Shown here piece after piece: positions 46,173 to 56,884 of a stretch of 64,000 nucleotides of DNA (its first letter is position 1; each line of letters starts with the position of its first letter). This DNA comes from Bacteroidales bacterium. GTDB lineage: Bacteria > Bacteroidota > Bacteroidia > Bacteroidales > FEN-979. The stretch covers positions 30,952 through 94,951 of the forward strand of contig JALNWE010000002.1 in the NCBI GenBank assembly GCA_023231065.1, in the 5' to 3' direction. Both the position numbers and the translations under genes were made by a program. Under the pieces are notes generated by a model, which was not told where the DNA came from, did no database searches, and saw only the letters and a program-made list of their open reading frames with translations.

Positions 46173-47537
46173 ATGGTTGATCCATTACAGCGGTTTATTT
46201 CGGAAAATGATTTATTTTCGCCGGATTCACACATCCTTCTTGCTGTTAGCGGGGGAATTGATTCAGTGGTCATGACCGATCTGTTTTATCGGGCTGGATA
46301 TCATTTTGGCATTGCCCATTGTAATTTTCAGCTAAGGGATAAAGAAAGTCAGGATGATGAACAATTCGTCCGGGATCTGGCGGCCAAACTCAAGGTCCCT
46401 TTTTTCGTAAAAAAATTTGACACATCAGGCCTGGCTGCACAGGAAGGCATCTCTATCCAGATGGCCGCCCGGAAACTCCGGTATGAATGGTTCGAAGAGA
46501 CCCGTTCTGACCACCATTTTGATTTCATTGCAACCGCACATCACCTTGATGATCAGATAGAAACGTTTTTTATCAATCTGATAAGGGGAACCGGTATCCA
46601 GGGATTACATGGCATCATGCCGAAAAAGGGCAGGATCATCCGTCCCATGTTGTTTACTTCCCGGAAAGAAATTGAAACTTATGCCTTCAGCCATCCCATT
46701 TCATGGCGCGAAGACCGGTCAAACAGCGAAACCAAATATCTCAGGAACAAAATAAGGATTGAAATACTCCCGCTGATGAAATCAATCAATCCTGATTTTT
46801 TAAACGGGATTACCGGCGCCATTCATCAAATCCGTAATATTGAAGCAATCTGGAAGGATGAAGTAAACCGGACCAGACAAAAGATAATCCATGAAACCGG
46901 CCATGAAATCAGGATCGATATCCCTAAACTTGCCCGTTTAAAACCCTTGCAACCGCTGGCGTGGGAACTGTTATCCCCTTATGGGTTTAACGAAACCGTG
47001 ATCCATGATCTCCTCTCTTCCCTGCAAAAAGAAAGTGGTAAGGTGTTTTTTTCCAAAACCTATCGTTTGATAAAAAACCGGGATGAATTGATCCTTGAAC
47101 CCCTGGGAATTTCGGTATCAGATTCACCTTCAGGTCATTCCAGATACGCGGGGCCCGAACAACAATATCTCATAGATTATGGGGATTTCATAACAGAAAC
47201 ACCATTATCCCTGCGTTTTTCCATTAAAACAATTGATCAAAAGTTTGAAATCCCGTTAACGCCTTCCATAGCCAGCCTTAATTTATCCCGATTATCTTTT
47301 CCGCTGATCCTGAGAAGATGGCAAACAGGAGATACCTTCTACCCTTTTGGAATGAATAAAAAGAAAAAACTCAGTGATTTTTTTATTGACCATAAATTTT
47401 CACTCCCCGATAAAGAAAATTGCTGGCTATTGTGTTCAGGGAAACAAATTGTTTGGGTCATAGGTTACCGCATTGATCACCGCTTCAGGATCACATCACG
47501 GACCGAAAAAATCCTCCAGGTGGAATTGATCACATAA
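46173..47537 (+). CDS. tilS: tRNA(Ile)-lysidine synthetase
   Basis: PP-loop LLAVSGGIDSVV, HHLDDQIET, and a C-terminal TilS substrate-binding region. The ATG at 46173 is preferred to the TTG at 46167. Confidence 0.9.
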   Translation: MVDPLQRFISENDLFSPDSHILLAVSGGIDSVVMTDLFYRAGYHFGIAHCNFQLRDKESQDDEQFVRDLAAKLKVPFFVKKFDTSGLAAQEGISIQMAARKLRYEWFEETRSDHHFDFIATAHHLDDQIETFFINLIRGTGIQGLHGIMPKKGRIIRPMLFTSRKEIETYAFSHPISWREDRSNSETKYLRNKIRIEILPLMKSINPDFLNGITGAIHQIRNIEAIWKDEVNRTRQKIIHETGHEIRIDIPKLARLKPLQPLAWELLSPYGFNETVIHDLLSSLQKESGKVFFSKTYRLIKNRDELILEPLGISVSDSPSGHSRYAGPEQQYLIDYGDFITETPLSLRFSIKTIDQKFEIPLTPSIASLNLSRLSFPLILRRWQTGDTFYPFGMNKKKKLSDFFIDHKFSLPDKENCWLLCSGKQIVWVIGYRIDHRFRITSRTEKILQVELIT

Positions 47538-47640
47538 AACGCCCATCCATCAAAATCCCTGGTTAATTGTTCGCCAGGCGCCATTTGTTACTGGATATAT
47601 AACATTTGACATTCTATATCCTTCGGTTTGGTAAAATTTA

Positions 47641-47648
47641 TACTTTTG
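47641..47648 (+). promoter_or_regulatory. -7 promoter box TACTTTTG upstream of dsbD
   Basis: Exact TAnnTTTG match, 37 nt upstream of the ATG at 47685. Confidence 0.4.
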
Positions 47649-47684
47649 TACACCGGTCTTTAATTCAATTAATTTTTATCCATC

Positions 47685-49799
47685 ATGAAGAAATATTGGA
47701 TTTCCCTGCTGATATTCCTTATACTACCATCGATTTTATTCAGCCAGATCCTGGATCCTGTCAAATGGACTTTTAAATCAGAACAAACCACACCGGACCA
47801 GGCGACCCTGCTTTTCATTGCAAAAGCTGACCCCAATTGGCATGTGTATTCCCAGGATATTCCACAGGGAGGGCCGATCCCCACTACTTTTACTTTTGAA
47901 AAAAGCGCTGGTTATGAGCGGGTCGGGAAGGTTACCGAGCCCAAACCCATCATGGAAAATGATCCCAATTTCGGCATGGTATTGAAATTCTTCGCGGATA
48001 AAGTGGTTTTCCGGCAAAAGATAAAGATATTGGGCCAAAAGGATTTTGTCGTAAAAGGGGTTGTAAACTTTATGTGCTGCGATGATAAACAGTGCCTTCC
48101 ACCGAACGACGTTGATTTTACTTTTAGCATAAAAGGCAATCCAAATGCTGCCGCGAGCGTTGGATCCGTATCCGGAAAAGAAGTCGTCCCAAAGATCGAT
48201 TCAGGTTCCGGATCAGTCAGGAACGGCGTTAAAATGGCAGCCGCCCCAACAACGAAACCAGGCTCCGGGGCCACAAACAAGGACCAGGCTTTTCTAAGTA
48301 CTACCGCGGCCGATACGGCAGTTAATCAATCGCTTTTATGGTTCTTCCTGATTTCATTTCTTGCCGGACTCGCGGCGATCATCACTCCCTGCGTCTTCCC
48401 CATGATCCCCATGACCGTGACTTTTTTCATGCACGATACGCGCAGCAAGCGAAAAGCCAAGCTTGAAGCGCTTGTTTACGGGCTTTCGATCATTATGATT
48501 TACACTGTAATTGGCACCCTTGTAGCTGTGACATTAGGCGCCAATTTTGCCAATTTCCTCAGTACCCATTGGATCCCCAATTTATTTTTCTTCGTTATTT
48601 TCATGGTTTTTGCTGCTTCATTTTTAGGAATGTTCGAAATTACACTCCCGGGCTGGCTGGTCAATAAAGCGGATAAACAGGCGGATAAAGGGGGATACTC
48701 CGGCGCTTTTTTTATGGCTTTTACCCTGGTATTGGTCTCCTTCTCCTGCACCGGTCCCATTGTCGGGGCGCTTCTTGTAAAAGCAGCCAGTGGGCACATC
48801 CTGATGCCCATTGTCGGCATGTTTGGTTTCTCCCTGGCCTTTGCCTTACCTTTTGCCCTATTTGCTTTTTTCCCCACCTGGCTTGCCGGGATTCCAAAAT
48901 CGGGTGGATGGCTGAATTCGGTAAAAGTGGTCCTTGGATTTCTTGAACTGGCCCTGGGGCTGAAATTTCTGAGTATTGCCGATCAAACTTATCATTGGCA
49001 CATTTTAGACAGGGAGGTTTATCTCGCTTTCTGGATTGTTATTTTCTTCCTGATGGGATTGTACCTGATTGGGAAACTAAAATTTCACCATGATTCCGAA
49101 CTGCCCTTTATCAGCGTCCCACGGATTATCATGGCCATCATCGTTTTCACTTTCGTGGTGTATATGATCCCGGGAATGTGGGGCGCGCCCCTGAAAGCCC
49201 TTTCGGGTTACCTCCCACCGGAAACCTATCATGATTTCGACCTAAAAGCGATCATTAAAGAAGAAGTGAATGCTGCTGTTTCAGCAAATACGGCCGCTTC
49301 TTCAACCACGGCTTTGTGTGAAAAACCAAAATATACTGAATTCCTGAAACTCCCTCATGGACTTGAAGGTTATTTCGATTATAAGCAGGCCCTGGTATGC
49401 GCAAAAAAACAGAACAAGCCTTTGTTTGTTGATTTTACCGGTCATGGTTGTGTGAATTGCCGCGAAATGGAAGCCAACGTCTGGTCGGATCCCCGGGTAC
49501 TTAAAAAACTCAGGGAGAATTTTATCATCGCTGCATTGTATGTTGACGATAAAACAGAATTACCCGAAAAGGAATGGTACGCTTCAACTTACGATGGAAA
49601 GGTCAAGAAGACCATCGGAAAACAATTTGCCGATCTTCAGATCACCCGCTTTCATGTAAATTCACAACCCTATTATGTCCTGCTCGATACCTCAGGGAAC
49701 CTGTTGATCAAGCCCCGCGCTTATGACCTGGATATAGACGGATTTATCACATTCCTGGGAACCGCCCTGGATAACTTCAAGAAACAGGAAAACAAATAA
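47685..49799 (+). CDS. dsbD: Thiol:disulfide interchange protein DsbD family
   Basis: 704 aa. An N-terminal periplasmic domain carries MCCDDKQCLPP, the central TM domain carries ITPCVFPMIP and SFSCTGPIVG, and the C-terminal thioredoxin domain carries GHGCVNCREME. Confidence 0.88.
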   Translation: MKKYWISLLIFLILPSILFSQILDPVKWTFKSEQTTPDQATLLFIAKADPNWHVYSQDIPQGGPIPTTFTFEKSAGYERVGKVTEPKPIMENDPNFGMVLKFFADKVVFRQKIKILGQKDFVVKGVVNFMCCDDKQCLPPNDVDFTFSIKGNPNAAASVGSVSGKEVVPKIDSGSGSVRNGVKMAAAPTTKPGSGATNKDQAFLSTTAADTAVNQSLLWFFLISFLAGLAAIITPCVFPMIPMTVTFFMHDTRSKRKAKLEALVYGLSIIMIYTVIGTLVAVTLGANFANFLSTHWIPNLFFFVIFMVFAASFLGMFEITLPGWLVNKADKQADKGGYSGAFFMAFTLVLVSFSCTGPIVGALLVKAASGHILMPIVGMFGFSLAFALPFALFAFFPTWLAGIPKSGGWLNSVKVVLGFLELALGLKFLSIADQTYHWHILDREVYLAFWIVIFFLMGLYLIGKLKFHHDSELPFISVPRIIMAIIVFTFVVYMIPGMWGAPLKALSGYLPPETYHDFDLKAIIKEEVNAAVSANTAASSTTALCEKPKYTEFLKLPHGLEGYFDYKQALVCAKKQNKPLFVDFTGHGCVNCREMEANVWSDPRVLKKLRENFIIAALYVDDKTELPEKEWYASTYDGKVKKTIGKQFADLQITRFHVNSQPYYVLLDTSGNLLIKPRAYDLDIDGFITFLGTALDNFKKQENK

Positions 49800-49816
49800 A
49801 GAAACCTGCGCTAACG

Positions 49817-51187
49817 CTACCGCATCATCTCGGCAAAATACTGATAGAAATAAGTAATTGTTTCAATTCCCCGGAAGAAATTTTCAAGTGAATAATTTTC
49901 ATTGGGGGAATGACAGGCATCGGCTTCAAGACCAAAGCCCAGGAGAATTGATTTTATTCCCAGGATCTCTTCAAACTGGGGGATGATGGGGATACTGCCT
50001 CCACTGCGGACCGGAATAGGTTTTTTCCCCAATACGGTTTCAATGGCCTTACTGGCAGCCTGATAACCAACCGTGTCGATGGGAGAAACATAAGCCTGGC
50101 CTCCATGCAATGTTTCAACTTTGACCTTAACATATTCAGGGGCGATGGAGGTAAAATACTTATTGAAAAGTTCACCGATTTTGGAATAATTTTGATTGGG
50201 GACCAGGCGCATGGAAATTTTAGCATAAGCTTTTGAAGGAAGGACCGTTTTGGTACCTTCGGCAATATAACCGCTCCAAATACCATTTACATCAAGTGTT
50301 GGCCGGATACCGGTCCGTTCTTTGGTAGTATAACCAGATTCGCCAAATAAAGCATCCACATGGATGCTGTTCTTGTATTCCGGTTCACTGAAAGGAGCTT
50401 TGGCCATTTCATCGCGTTCCTGACGGCTGATTTCAACGACATCGTCATAAAACCCAGGGATCAGGATCCTTCCCTGATCATCGGTGAGGGAGGCAATCAT
50501 TTTAGCCAATATATTGGCAGGATTGGCGACAGCGCCACCAAAAATCCCTGAGTGAAGGTCGTGATCCGGCCCGGTAACTTCGACCTGCATATAGGTAAGG
50601 CCCCTTAAACCAACCGTGATTGAGGGGCAATTGAGCCCGATCATACTCGTATCGGAGACAAGGATAATATCAGCCTTAAGCATATTTTTATGCTCCCTGC
50701 AAAAAGCTTCCATGGTCACGGAACCCACTTCTTCCTCACCTTCTATCATGAATTTCGCGTTGCATGGAAGCGTATTGGTGCGGACCATCAGTTCGACGGC
50801 TTTGGCATGCATGAAAGATTGACCTTTGTCGTCATCAGCGCCACGGGCAAAGATCTTACCATTCCTGACTTCGGGCCTGAAGGGAGAAGACTCCCATTGT
50901 TCAACCGGATCAACCGGCATCACATCATAATGACCATATACGAGAATGGTGGCTAAGGCAGGATCGATAATCTTTTCGCCATAAACGATCGGGTTCCCTT
51001 CGGTTGGAAAGATCCCGGCTTTATCACAACCGGCTTCACGTAACGTCTTTCTCCAGTACTCGGCAGCTTTGATCATGTCTTCTTTATGTTCCGCTTCCGA
51101 GCTAATTGAGGGGATCCTGATCAGTCCGAATAACTCTTGAAGGAACCTGTCGCGGTTCTCTTCAATATACATTTTAACCTCTTGCAT
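49817..51187 (-). CDS. M20-family dipeptidase
   Basis: 456 aa with the motifs LVYGHYDVMPV, ARGADDDKGQ and IEGEEEVGS. Confidence 0.85.
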   Translation of the reverse strand: MQEVKMYIEENRDRFLQELFGLIRIPSISSEAEHKEDMIKAAEYWRKTLREAGCDKAGIFPTEGNPIVYGEKIIDPALATILVYGHYDVMPVDPVEQWESSPFRPEVRNGKIFARGADDDKGQSFMHAKAVELMVRTNTLPCNAKFMIEGEEEVGSVTMEAFCREHKNMLKADIILVSDTSMIGLNCPSITVGLRGLTYMQVEVTGPDHDLHSGIFGGAVANPANILAKMIASLTDDQGRILIPGFYDDVVEISRQERDEMAKAPFSEPEYKNSIHVDALFGESGYTTKERTGIRPTLDVNGIWSGYIAEGTKTVLPSKAYAKISMRLVPNQNYSKIGELFNKYFTSIAPEYVKVKVETLHGGQAYVSPIDTVGYQAASKAIETVLGKKPIPVRSGGSIPIIPQFEEILGIKSILLGFGLEADACHSPNENYSLENFFRGIETITYFYQYFAEMMR

Positions 51188-51405
51188 ATTCTATTCTACG
51201 ATAAAGGGTTTTTAAATACGTAAGAAACAATAAAATCTCGCCGTGGTAATTGAGTTGAACCAGAAATTCTGCAAACAACGCGGATCCAACGAGCCATACA
51301 GAATGCTGTATAAAATGCAAATTTAATACTTTTTTTCTGAAAGTAAAACGGCAGATGCTGATGATAGTCAGTGGACGCGGTGCATTCAATTTTCGGGATA
51401 AAGCT

Positions 51406-51413
51406 TATATTTG
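51406..51413 (+). promoter_or_regulatory. -7 promoter box TATATTTG about 175 nt upstream of nadB
   Basis: Exact TAnnTTTG match. If it is used, it gives an unusually long leader for this window. Confidence 0.3.
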
Positions 51414-51587
51414 TGATTGAATTGTCAACATAAACCGAATCCACACTCCAAAATCAGGAAGCGCGAGGAGGATCCAATGAAGATGCTGATGGGAAGATAG
51501 ATCCCATGAAAGTATTACTGGGTTTGCATAAATGAAATCGGAACAGGAAAAAATGTTGAAAATTAACCGGTCTATAAATTCATTGAA

Positions 51588-53159
51588 ATGAGAAAAAATG
51601 TTGATTTTTTGATAATTGGTTCGGGCATTGCCGGACTTGCTTTCGCGATCAAGGTAGCGAAATTTGGAAAAGTTTGTATTGTCACCAAATCAACTGTGGA
51701 TGATACTGCCACCAGTTGGGCGCAGGGTGGGATTGCCGCTGTGATGTACACGCCTGATTCTTATGAAAAACACATCCACGATACCATTGTTGCAGGGGAC
51801 GGGATTTGCGATGAAAAGATTGTCCGTTTGACCATTGAGGAATCAACCGAACGCATCCGGGAATTGGTCAAATGGGGGATGAAATTTGATAAAACAAAAA
51901 CAGGGCGCTATGATCTGGCTAAGGAAGGCGGCCATTCCGAGTACCGTGTCCTCCATCATAAAGACAGCACCGGGAAGGAGATTGAGAACACTTTGCTTGA
52001 ACAGGTAAAAACTCATCCGAATATAGAGATCCTTGAAAATTATTTCACCATCGACATCATCACTCAGCATCATTTGAATATTGAGGTGAACCGGAGGACC
52101 ACCAATATAACCTGTTTTGGCGCCTATGTATTTAATCCGCGTACCCACCTGGTAGATACCATCCTTTCAAAAGTGACCCTGATCGCGACGGGCGGAGCAG
52201 GGAATGTTTATAATAACACAACGAATCCACTGATATCCACAGGCGATGGAATAGCCATGGTATATCGGGCCAAAGGGACTATTGAGAACATGGAATTCAT
52301 CCAGTTTCATCCAACCTCATTGTATAATCCGGATGAAAAACCGGCATTCCTTATCACGGAAGCGCTCCGCGGTTTTGGCGCTGTCCTGAAAACCCGCGAA
52401 GGAAAAGAATTCATGCACAAATACGATTCCAGGCTTTCCCTGGCTCCCCGCGATATTGTTGCCCGCGCTATCGACAATGAGATGAAATTAAGCGGAGATG
52501 AATATGTAGGACTTGACTGCCGGCAGCTAAACAAAAATGAACTCATAAACCATTTTCCCACCATCTATGCCAAATGCCTGAGCCTGGGCATTGACATCCA
52601 TAAGGACATGATCCCTGTTGTGCCTGCCGTACACTATACCTGCGGCGGGATCAAAGTGGACGAATACGGCAGGAGCTCCATCCTGAATTTGTATGCTTCC
52701 GGGGAATGCTCATCAACCGGATTGCATGGAGCTAACCGTTTGGCTTCCAATTCACTCCTCGAAGCGTTAGTTTTTTCCCACCGGGCCGCTGTGGATGCAA
52801 TTCCGAAAGTTAAATCTATTTCGATTTGCGACAGGATTCCCGACTGGAATGCAGAAGGAATGGTACTGAACGAGGAAATGATTTTAATCACACAATCGAT
52901 GAAAGAAGTCCAGGCCATCATGAGCAATTATGTTGGAATTGTCCGCTCTAACCTGCGGTTGCAACGCGCTTTTGACCGGTTGGATTTATTGTACAAAGAA
53001 ACAGAAGACCTGTATGATAAATCGATCCTGACAATTCGTTTATGCGAACTCAGGAACCTGATCAATATCGGGTACCTGATCATTAAAGCCGCCCAAAACC
53101 GGCATGAAAGCCGTGGCCTTCATTATTCAATTGATTATCCCCGCACTGTACCGAAATAA
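51588..53159 (+). CDS. nadB: L-aspartate oxidase
   Basis: 523 aa with the FAD motif DFLIIGSGIAGLAFA, the succinate-dehydrogenase/fumarate-reductase flavoprotein fold, and C-terminal ESRGLHYSIDYP. Confidence 0.9.
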   Translation: MRKNVDFLIIGSGIAGLAFAIKVAKFGKVCIVTKSTVDDTATSWAQGGIAAVMYTPDSYEKHIHDTIVAGDGICDEKIVRLTIEESTERIRELVKWGMKFDKTKTGRYDLAKEGGHSEYRVLHHKDSTGKEIENTLLEQVKTHPNIEILENYFTIDIITQHHLNIEVNRRTTNITCFGAYVFNPRTHLVDTILSKVTLIATGGAGNVYNNTTNPLISTGDGIAMVYRAKGTIENMEFIQFHPTSLYNPDEKPAFLITEALRGFGAVLKTREGKEFMHKYDSRLSLAPRDIVARAIDNEMKLSGDEYVGLDCRQLNKNELINHFPTIYAKCLSLGIDIHKDMIPVVPAVHYTCGGIKVDEYGRSSILNLYASGECSSTGLHGANRLASNSLLEALVFSHRAAVDAIPKVKSISICDRIPDWNAEGMVLNEEMILITQSMKEVQAIMSNYVGIVRSNLRLQRAFDRLDLLYKETEDLYDKSILTIRLCELRNLINIGYLIIKAAQNRHESRGLHYSIDYPRTVPK

Positions 53160-53169
53160 ACCAGATAAT

Positions 53170-53706
53170 ATGGCGCTCTTCAAAGCTGTAAAAGGAATTA
53201 TTCCAAAAATCGGAAGTCATTGTTTCATTGCCGATAACGCCACTCTTACAGGGGATGTGATATTAGGCAATGATTGCAGTGTATGGTTCAATGCCGTGAT
53301 CCGTGGCGATGTCCATAGCATCCGGATCGGTAATAATGTGAATATCCAGGACGGGGCCATCGTTCATTGTACCTATCAGAAAGCGCCGGTCAATATCGGG
53401 AATAATGTCTCCATCGCCCATAACGCCATCATTCACGGTTGCACGATTCACGACAATGTACTCATCGGAATGGGAGCTATCATCATGGACCACGCGGTGA
53501 TCCACAGTAATTCCATTGTCGGGGCCGGCGCATTGATCACCGAAGGGACAATTGTGGAATCTGGTTCGGTATGGGCCGGACTTCCAGCAAAAAAAGTGAA
53601 AGATATTGATCGGGCTTTATTAGAAGGACAGGTGAACCGGATCTCCCGGAATTATAATATGTACGCTGGCTGGTATGACAGTAAACCGGAAGATAAAGAT
53701 ATTTAA
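53170..53706 (+). CDS. Gamma-carbonic-anhydrase-like hexapeptide-repeat protein (YrdA/PaaY family)
   Basis: The ATG at 53170 begins MALFKAVKGIIPKIGSHCFIADNATLTGDVILG, followed by IRGDV..IRIG.. hexapeptide repeats. About 178 aa. Confidence 0.8.
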   Translation: MALFKAVKGIIPKIGSHCFIADNATLTGDVILGNDCSVWFNAVIRGDVHSIRIGNNVNIQDGAIVHCTYQKAPVNIGNNVSIAHNAIIHGCTIHDNVLIGMGAIIMDHAVIHSNSIVGAGALITEGTIVESGSVWAGLPAKKVKDIDRALLEGQVNRISRNYNMYAGWYDSKPEDKDI

Positions 53707-53740
53707 AATTCAAATAATCAACATAATAAAGCATTAACCA

Positions 53741-54538
53741 GTGAGAAAAGAGATTGTAGCTGAAAATGAATATCACACTCCGGATGATGCGCCCCGTTAT
53801 TTCCTTGATCGCGTTCTCCATTCGCGGGTCGTTTTCGTGAGTAAGTTCGTCCGGATTGTTTTTAGGACCCGCAGGGCTGCACGTAAAGGAATTTACGACA
53901 CCCAATATTGGGTTGACTCATCCCATGATATTTTCACCCTTATTGAACGCTGCGGGGGCAGGTTCCATATCACGGGCTTGGACAACATACGCAATTGTCA
54001 TGTCCCTGTTGTCATTCAAAGCAACCACATGAGCACCCTGGAAACGATGATATTTCCCGGGATCATACAACCCCTTAAAGATGTTACATTTATCGTGAAA
54101 GATGCACTTATCCGTCATTTTGCCTTTAAAGATGTGATGCTTTCGCGTAATCCGATTGTCCTGAGCCGTTCAAATCCCCGTGAAGATTTCCGGATCGTGA
54201 TGGACCAGGGATTTGAATTGTTACAGAAGGGCATTTCGATCATTATTTTCCCCCAAAGTACCCGAAGGGTTAAATTTGATCCATCGGAATTTCATTCCCT
54301 GGGCACCAAACTAGCCATCAAAGCAGGAGTACCGGTCATTCCTGCAGCCATAAAAACTGATTTCTGGGGAAACGGAAGATATACCGGCTACCTGGGGCCT
54401 ATCGACCGCGGGAAGCCTATTCATATTACTTTTGGCAGTCCTATTATAGTATCCGGAAATGGCAAAGAAGCGCACCAACAGATAACGGAATTCATCCGGG
54501 AGCATCTGGCCGTTTGGAATTCAACAGACTGTGTATGA
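53741..54538 (+). CDS. Lysophospholipid (1-acyl-sn-glycerol-3-phosphate) acyltransferase family protein
   Basis: 265 aa with a GTG start. It has an HX4D-type block QSNHMSTLET and FPQSTR (the FPEGTR equivalent). Confidence 0.7.
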   Translation: MRKEIVAENEYHTPDDAPRYFLDRVLHSRVVFVSKFVRIVFRTRRAARKGIYDTQYWVDSSHDIFTLIERCGGRFHITGLDNIRNCHVPVVIQSNHMSTLETMIFPGIIQPLKDVTFIVKDALIRHFAFKDVMLSRNPIVLSRSNPREDFRIVMDQGFELLQKGISIIIFPQSTRRVKFDPSEFHSLGTKLAIKAGVPVIPAAIKTDFWGNGRYTGYLGPIDRGKPIHITFGSPIIVSGNGKEAHQQITEFIREHLAVWNSTDCV

Positions 54539-54564
54539 TTCATTTATAACTTTCAGTCTATATT

Positions 54565-56049
54565 ATGTATCCCTGGGAAAAAAATCCGGTGATCTATGAG
54601 ATCAATACCTGGGTGTGGCTGGAAGAGCTGAGCCAACAATATGGTTATCCAATCAACCTGTCCAACATCCCGGAAACGGTATGGACCCAGTTGGCACATT
54701 TGAAAATGGATGCGGTTTGGTTCATGGGGGTCTGGGAACGAAGCTCCCGCGGAATTGAAATCTCCAACAAGAATGCTGGCAATCTGGCCGATTTCCGGCG
54801 CGCCCTGCCCGATTTTACTTACTCGGATAACGTGGGTTCACCCTATTGTGTGAAACGATACGTCGCCGATTCTTATTTAGGTGGTCCAACCGGTCTGTCC
54901 ATTGCAAGAAAAAAATTGGCTGGAAGAGGCATCAAACTGATCCTTGATTTTATACCCAACCATGTTGCCCATGATCATCCATGGGTAGAGGAATTTCCAG
55001 AGTATTTTATCCAGGGGAGCGAAGATGATATGAACCGTGACCCGGATACTTACGTTCAGATTGGAAGTAATATCTTTGCCTGCGGAAAAGATCCTTGCTA
55101 TCCTGCCTGGCAAGACGTTTTGCAGGTCAATGGGTTTCACCCGGGGCTTAGGGAAGAAGTCATCGAAACAGTGACCCGTATCGCCGGTCAATGCGATGGG
55201 GTACGCTGCGATATGGCCATGTTGCTCATTAACAGGATTTTTGAACAAACCTGGGGTGGCCGGGCCGGTTCAATGCCAGAAACAGATTACTGGGCAGAAT
55301 TAATCCCGGCAGTCAGACGGGCCAACAAGGATTTTTTGTTCATTGCCGAAGCATACTGGGACCTTGAATGGGAGCTTCAGCAACAAGGGTTTGATTATTG
55401 CTATGATAAACGGCTTTACGACCGTCTTGAAAAAAGCGATCCGGAACCGGTCCGATTGCATCTTATGGCCGATACTGATTACCAGTCAAAACTGGTCCGT
55501 TTTATAGAGAATCACGATGAACCAAGGGCTGCCGCCATCTTCAACAGGCAGCAGGAGCGTCTTATGGCCATAGCCATAGCCACCCTCCCGGGCGCAAAAC
55601 TTTTTTATGAAGGTCAATTCGAAGGACGAAAAGTTAAACTCCCTGTCTTTCTGCGACGCCGTCCGGCTGAAATCCCTGATACCAGCCTGCACGGATTTTA
55701 TCTGGATCTCCTGAAAATCATCCAGCAGCTAGAATTTCATGAAGGTCAGTGGCGACTCTACGAAACCACAGGGTGGCCAGGAAATACCAGTTATCAAAAC
55801 CTGCTTTCATGGGGTTGGTCATCTGAATCCGAGGACGAACTGTGGCTTATTGTAGTCAACCTGAATAGTGCCCTTTCTCAGGGCAAGGTTCAAATAAGCT
55901 GGGACAGATTGGATGGATTTCTGTGGAAATTGACTGATCCGTTTACGGGGTTGTCATTTGACCGGGATGGAAGTGAGATGAGGAATACCGGTTTATATAT
56001 CAGTCTTCAGGGATGGGAAACTCATTTTTTCCGGTTTACCCTGTCGTGA
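54565..56049 (+). CDS. GH13 alpha-amylase-family glycoside hydrolase (cytoplasmic)
   Basis: 494 aa with conserved regions LDFIPNHVA, GVRCDMAMLL, FIAEAYW and FIENHDEPR. No signal peptide is present. Confidence 0.85.
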   Translation: MYPWEKNPVIYEINTWVWLEELSQQYGYPINLSNIPETVWTQLAHLKMDAVWFMGVWERSSRGIEISNKNAGNLADFRRALPDFTYSDNVGSPYCVKRYVADSYLGGPTGLSIARKKLAGRGIKLILDFIPNHVAHDHPWVEEFPEYFIQGSEDDMNRDPDTYVQIGSNIFACGKDPCYPAWQDVLQVNGFHPGLREEVIETVTRIAGQCDGVRCDMAMLLINRIFEQTWGGRAGSMPETDYWAELIPAVRRANKDFLFIAEAYWDLEWELQQQGFDYCYDKRLYDRLEKSDPEPVRLHLMADTDYQSKLVRFIENHDEPRAAAIFNRQQERLMAIAIATLPGAKLFYEGQFEGRKVKLPVFLRRRPAEIPDTSLHGFYLDLLKIIQQLEFHEGQWRLYETTGWPGNTSYQNLLSWGWSSESEDELWLIVVNLNSALSQGKVQISWDRLDGFLWKLTDPFTGLSFDRDGSEMRNTGLYISLQGWETHFFRFTLS

Positions 56050-56229
56050 CGGGCAATTCCCGTTGTTTTTTCCACATTCCCAGTTTAAAGTCGTTAAATT
56101 TGTTGAGGATCATCATTTGATTTCCAATGGCAAACGTTACAAGTAGTTGCTATCGCTTTATTGAAATCACGGTGGTTCAATTGTCATTTTATAAAATGAC
56201 TTATGTTTTTGTTCAAAGGTTAAAAAGTA

Positions 56230-56263
56230 CAAAAAAAGCCGGTAGCTTGAAGGGTACCGGCTT
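56230..56263 (-). terminator. Rho-independent terminator downstream of the skp-like gene (possibly bidirectional)
   Basis: Hairpin AGCCGGTA-(10-nt loop)-TACCGGCT. The minus strand follows it with TTTTTTT (plus-strand A-run at 56231-56237). Confidence 0.7.
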
Positions 56264-56282
56264 CTTTCAAGAAATAAGGTCC

Positions 56283-56807
56283 TTACTGAATATTCAGTTT
56301 CTTTTTGACTAAAGGCATTACATCGTCAGCCTCATCTTTGTAAATAACCACATCTTCAATGGCATTTAAAATATAGGTGTATTTGTTTTCCTTGGCAACT
56401 TCCTTGATGGCGGCCTTTGCTTTTTCAATAAATGGGGCTACCAGCTCCTGTTGTTTTGCCTGAAGGTCCGTGTTGGCTTTTTGCTGAAAAGCATCGATTC
56501 TGGCTTGAAGATCTGAAAGTTCTTTTTCCTTGGTCTGTTTGATCAGGTCTGACATCCCCGAAGCCTGAGATTGATAATCCATGTATTTGTTCTCAAATTC
56601 GGCTTTCATGGCATCCATCTGATCAGAAAGGGTCTTCTGATAATTCTGGAGCTTTATTTTTACAGAATCAATCCCTGGCATGGCAGCCAGCAAGGTATTG
56701 AAATCAACATGTCCGATCTTAACAGGCGTTTGTGCATGCGATGTAAAAGAACAACCAACTATGATTGTAACAACGACAAAAAGCTTTACTATTTTTTTCA
56801 TTTTCAA
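56283..56807 (-). CDS. OmpH/Skp-family periplasmic chaperone
   Basis: 174 aa with a signal peptide and a coiled-coil-rich, K/E/Q-rich body. It lies downstream of bamA. Confidence 0.85.
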   Translation of the reverse strand: MKMKKIVKLFVVVTIIVGCSFTSHAQTPVKIGHVDFNTLLAAMPGIDSVKIKLQNYQKTLSDQMDAMKAEFENKYMDYQSQASGMSDLIKQTKEKELSDLQARIDAFQQKANTDLQAKQQELVAPFIEKAKAAIKEVAKENKYTYILNAIEDVVIYKDEADDVMPLVKKKLNIQ

Positions 56808-56884
56808 TGATTAAAAGGTTAATAATACGATTGGCATACAAAAGTACAAAAATAAACTAATTCTGTATATTCTGTAAGAAGGGT

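Noticed and set aside
51174-51444. Two overlapping minus-strand ORFs (71 and 82 aa) upstream of nadB.
   Set aside because: The frames overlap each other and the start of the M20 peptidase gene. Their composition is unlike the coding regions here, so the region is treated as non-coding leader/promoter.
56127-56312. A 61-aa plus-strand ORF between the amylase and skp genes.
   Set aside because: It runs through the terminator hairpin and into the 3' end of the skp-like gene, and it has no supporting motif.
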